Shown: piece after piece, positions 46,214 to 49,466 of the stretch | How positions within the stretch are numbered: position 1 is the first letter of the stretch | Layout of the letters: each line of letters opens with the position of its first letter | NCBI GenBank assembly: GCA_022813965.1 | Contig: JALDZS010000174.1 | Coordinates: forward strand, 1-49,466 | From: Toensbergia leucococca | Lineage: Eukaryota | Length of the DNA stretch: 49,466 nucleotides | Reading direction: 5' to 3' | Program-made: the position numbers and the translations under genes | The notes under the pieces: generated by a model | Databases searched by the model: none | Told to the model about the DNA's origin: nothing | Seen by the model: the letters and a program-made list of their open reading frames with translations, nothing else

Positions 46214-46850
46214 GAACTAAACGCCAAATCACTGAATGATATATCCGCGACGGACCTGATAATCCACAGGATTATTCCTAAAGAAGGCATTAAACCGTAC
46301 AGCTCCCGCCAACGTAGGTATGCAAACGACAAGGAGTGGTGGTACTGAAAAATCATGAAAGAAGGAATGGAAGCCGGTATGTATCAAAGAACGATAACTG
46401 CCAATTGGAAGTTGTCACAATGGAATGCAGCACCTGTACTGATACCTAAGAAGGACCAAGCGCAATCAAGGCTGACCTTTAACTATCATTTCGTTTCTGA
46501 AGAAAACTCAGTCAGTCATATGGAACTGATAACCCGGATCCAGGATCTATTGACAAATCCCTCCCATAAGACTCTGATACAATTTGATATCAAGCATGAT
46601 TACTGAGCAGTCCTTGTACACCCAGATGACCGACACTACCTAGCATTCATTGTACCTGGTAATGGACAGCTACAACCAACTCAAATGCCTCAAGGAACCG
46701 GAACGTCGTCTTTCACCTTTAGCTTATGAATATCGTTCTAGGCCCGGTTCCAGAACCACATCCTGAACCATTGCTGATTTATGAAAACGTTGAGGAGCGA
46801 AAATCGGTCACTAGGATGGCCTTCTACATTGACGACAGTTTTGTAGCACT
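46214..46850 (+). mobile_element. Ty3/Gypsy-like RT N-terminal fragment (copy C), with stops and frameshifts
   Basis: ATDLIIHRIIPKEGIKPY...RRYANDKEWWY*KIMKEGMEAGMYQRT...SQWNAAPVLIPKKDQAQSRLTFNYH...QFDIKHDY*AVLVHPDDRHYLAF...MPQGTGTSSFTF...MNIVLGPVP...FYIDDSFVA. Confidence 0.88.
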
Positions 46851-48659
46851 ACAACTTCACTAGCAGCACCATCTTCGCTTCTACCCACCGTGCCTCACTT
46901 ATCGTGTTCAGCTCCCTCCGCTCCGTCAGCAACTACAGAAAATGCCTCAGCTCCTCAAGACCGGACTCGAGCAATTGTGCCTTGATCTCATCAATTGAAT
47001 CACGCCGTCCTCATCTCTCAAGTCACGTCGTGCTGATTTATTCAGTCACGCCGTTTTCATCTATTCAGCCGCTTCATCCCCACCAAATGAGTTCTTGCTT
47101 GATTGTCTGGCTTGCAGAGGCAATTACTAATATGTAACTGACCATAGACAAGGTCACTTGATATCTACCCTGATTGGTAAGAGTAAATTCACATCGCTGA
47201 TGAACAGGTTAAAAAAGCGCGTCGGTGACAAGATATCTTCACCCACTCCCAGATTGGGGGCCGCTTCTATATAAATCTTTTCACGTACTCCGCCTACACA
47301 TGACCTATCAAAGACTCACTGACCGCGATGTTGAAAAGCCGGTCATCACTTCATCACATCATCAAAGCCACCCGTGGGAATGAAAGAGCCATTCAGGCCG
47401 TCAATTTCGCCAAGACAGATCTCGTTGGACTTCAGGATCGTGATGCTCTATATCAGAGACATTGCTAAGAAGCCCTCAGTGTTCCTTGCTACAGGCGCTA
47501 TCATTGGTCTCAGGTTGACCGTGCCAAATGTGTATTGAATGTATCAACGCCTCTTTGGCAAGGTAAAGAAGAAGCCAACTCCCCCACCTGTGGCCCCGTC
47601 AAGAGTGGCCTGAAGAATGGCAAACTAGCGTACGATGGAGAAGCATAAGCCATAGGAGTAGCGAACACACGAAATCCATCAACAAATGTTAAGAAATATT
47701 TACCTGACTTTAGATTTTGTCAAAACATCCGAGCACAAGGACATTCAAGTACTTAACGGACTCATAATTAGCTACTGAAATACACAGATCATGCATCTTT
47801 CTTGATCCCCAACAACGTATCTAGGACGAAAGTAAAGACGAATAATCAAATTTCAAGAGATTAATTTCAGGTTCTACTATCAAGAACACATTTAGAAAAT
47901 ATCATCAAAGCACAACAAGCAAATTTAAAGATGCTTGCCAATCAAACCCGATTCTTTGAACGCTAAAATTTCATTGTCTATCAATCTGATCTTCCTCAAG
48001 ATAGCGATCTTTCTACAATAGGTACTGCGGTAGATCTTGTACGATCTCAAGACGGAGGGTGTGACGAAGTACTCAAGCCACGCAGCTATGAGCGGCCTCC
48101 TTAATACTGAGGTGATTATTGAGATGGTGAACTGAAGCTGGGCAGATGATGCTCAGAAGGAGGCAGATCGGATGTCTGCCCTCGGCATGTGGCCAAAGGC
48201 TGAATGATAAGGATTTGATGTTAAAATGTGGTTGTCCCACCGGCACCGATCAATGCCTGAAGATTGAAGTGAAGTATACTGCGTAATCCTTCGAAGGCGC
48301 ACATCCCACAAACACGTCAAGCTGATTATAATGGCAAGAAAACATCGGACTGACGTTCACCGCTAGGATAAAAGCAGAATTAAGAACACATTTTTGACAG
48401 ATTGCTCAAGACAATACAGAAGATACGCAATTTCAGTCACAGCTACTGTAGTGTCAGTAGTCATGACAGACACCGAAAGACAGTTAAAGGAAAGGAGTTG
48501 ACAGAATATCAATCTCAAGAGCACTCTACTTCAGACTCTTCGTTTTCAGCCCACAGAAAAAAGGGCAAGAGCAAGGAAGGGCAAAGTGATGCGACAATAG
48601 CATCAGCAGAGTCACCCGCAGAATCACTCAGAAATGCTTGTGTATACTACTGACCATTA

Positions 48660-48887
48660 CACCCGGTCGGAATACCTCAGATGTTAGTATATATGGCCGC
48701 CATACAAGATGCAAGACAAGATCGGACAAACAAAACAGTATTCGGCATGCTGTCAGATGGCACAAATTATACGTTTGCCTGTCTTAACAATAACAAGAGG
48801 CTTCTCATCTCCCGCAATTTCCAATGGCTGTTCGATCGATCTGAGAAGCAGAATATTCAACATCTACGACATCAAGTGAAAGGATAA
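48660..48887 (+). pseudogene. Fragment of a restriction-endonuclease-fold (PD-(D/E)xK, CRN/Crinkler-effector-like) fungal gene
   Basis: VGIPQMLVYMAAIQDARQDRTNKTVFGMLSDGTNYTFACLNNNKRLLISRNFQW shows the Q...YM ... V.G..SDG..(F/Y).F..L pattern of fungal REase-like proteins. The upstream catalytic E.K part is not present in frame. Confidence 0.55.
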
Positions 48888-49031
48888 GATGGAGTGAAGG
48901 AAACCTGGCGATATTACTTACCCCCTCAGCACACGTCAAATTACCCGATATATGGGTGCGTCACCCATAATACCGAGCCTGATGATGAAAAATGGACCCC
49001 TAGCGAAACCAACAGTGACGATCAGACTTTC

Positions 49032-49200
49032 ACTGACGATAGAACTCCCCTGGCAATCTGCCTTCCATTGGCAATCTGCCTCCCACTGACGATAGAACTC
49101 CCTTTGACAACCTGCCTTCCACTAGCAAACTGCCTCCCACTGGCGATAGAACTCTCCCTGACGTTGAAGAAACTCCCACTGACGTTGACGAAACTATGCC
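49032..49200 (+). repeat. Degenerate 18-bp-unit minisatellite with two alternating unit types (ACTGACGATAGAACTCCC and GGCAATCTGCCT(T/C)CCA(T/C)T), about 9 units
   Basis: Directly visible periodicity, translating as 6-aa repeats (TDDRTP/GNLPSI/GNLPPT/DNLPST in one frame, LAICLP/LTIELP in another). Confidence 0.85.
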
Positions 49201-49295
49201 AGACGCTTCAAACCCTCAGGCAGTTGAGGAAAAGATGAACACCGTTGGAGATGAATTGATTGCCACGGGAGTTGACCGTCAAATTGTAATCAAGG

Positions 49296-49440
49296 TTTTT
49301 AATAGTTAACTAACTATTAAGGAACTATTAGTCCTTAGGTAATTAGTTGGTTAATAGTTAGTTAGTTTGACGTTTCTAGTAGTTAGTTAATAGTTGGTTG
49401 AAGATATATATTTAACTAGTTAACTAATAGTTTAGTCATG
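49296..49440. repeat. AT-rich, TpA-saturated low-complexity tract (TAGT/AACT units), RIP-like
   Basis: Abrupt compositional change to aatagttaactaactatt...tagttagttagtt...taactagttaactaatagtt, with CpA/TpG scarce and TpA abundant. Confidence 0.55.
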
Positions 49441-49466
49441 TTGATGTTTTCGGGGTGGATTGAAAG

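Noticed and set aside
40169..49200. Tandem repeats considered as a CRISPR-like array, or the RT fragments as a retron/DGR-type system
   Set aside because: The repeats have no unique spacers, the context is eukaryotic, and the RTs carry LTR-retrotransposon connection-domain motifs (WP.P...VRGFLG, F..IARPL..L) and are disrupted.

Overview
Eukaryotic DNA from a filamentous ascomycete (Pezizomycotina), judged from short GT-AG introns with CTRAC/CTAAY branch points and fungal-type orthologues. About 1-33.3 kb is a gene-dense housekeeping block: ELP1/IKI3 3' end, MVD1/ERG19, cytochrome c1 heme lyase, PEP12-type syntaxin, POF1-like nucleotidyltransferase, a hypothetical protein, an ACOT9-like thioesterase, VFA1, YVH1, a C2H2 transcription factor and NDC1. 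Inside this block sits an intact 7-exon, ~2,783-aa gene with two sacsin-type (HSP90/GHKL-like) ATPase modules and a C-terminal BTB/POZ domain, which is the most unusual intact gene here. From ~33.4 kb on, the window is accessory and mostly decayed. It holds one small membrane-protein gene, an intact NmrA-like gene, a Dicer-like-2 fragment, two nuclease-like (DUF7924/CRN-type) relics, a possible NACHT relic, three co-oriented Ty3/Gypsy RT fragments, minisatellites and an AT/TpA-rich end. All family assignments come from motif recognition by eye; no searches were run.
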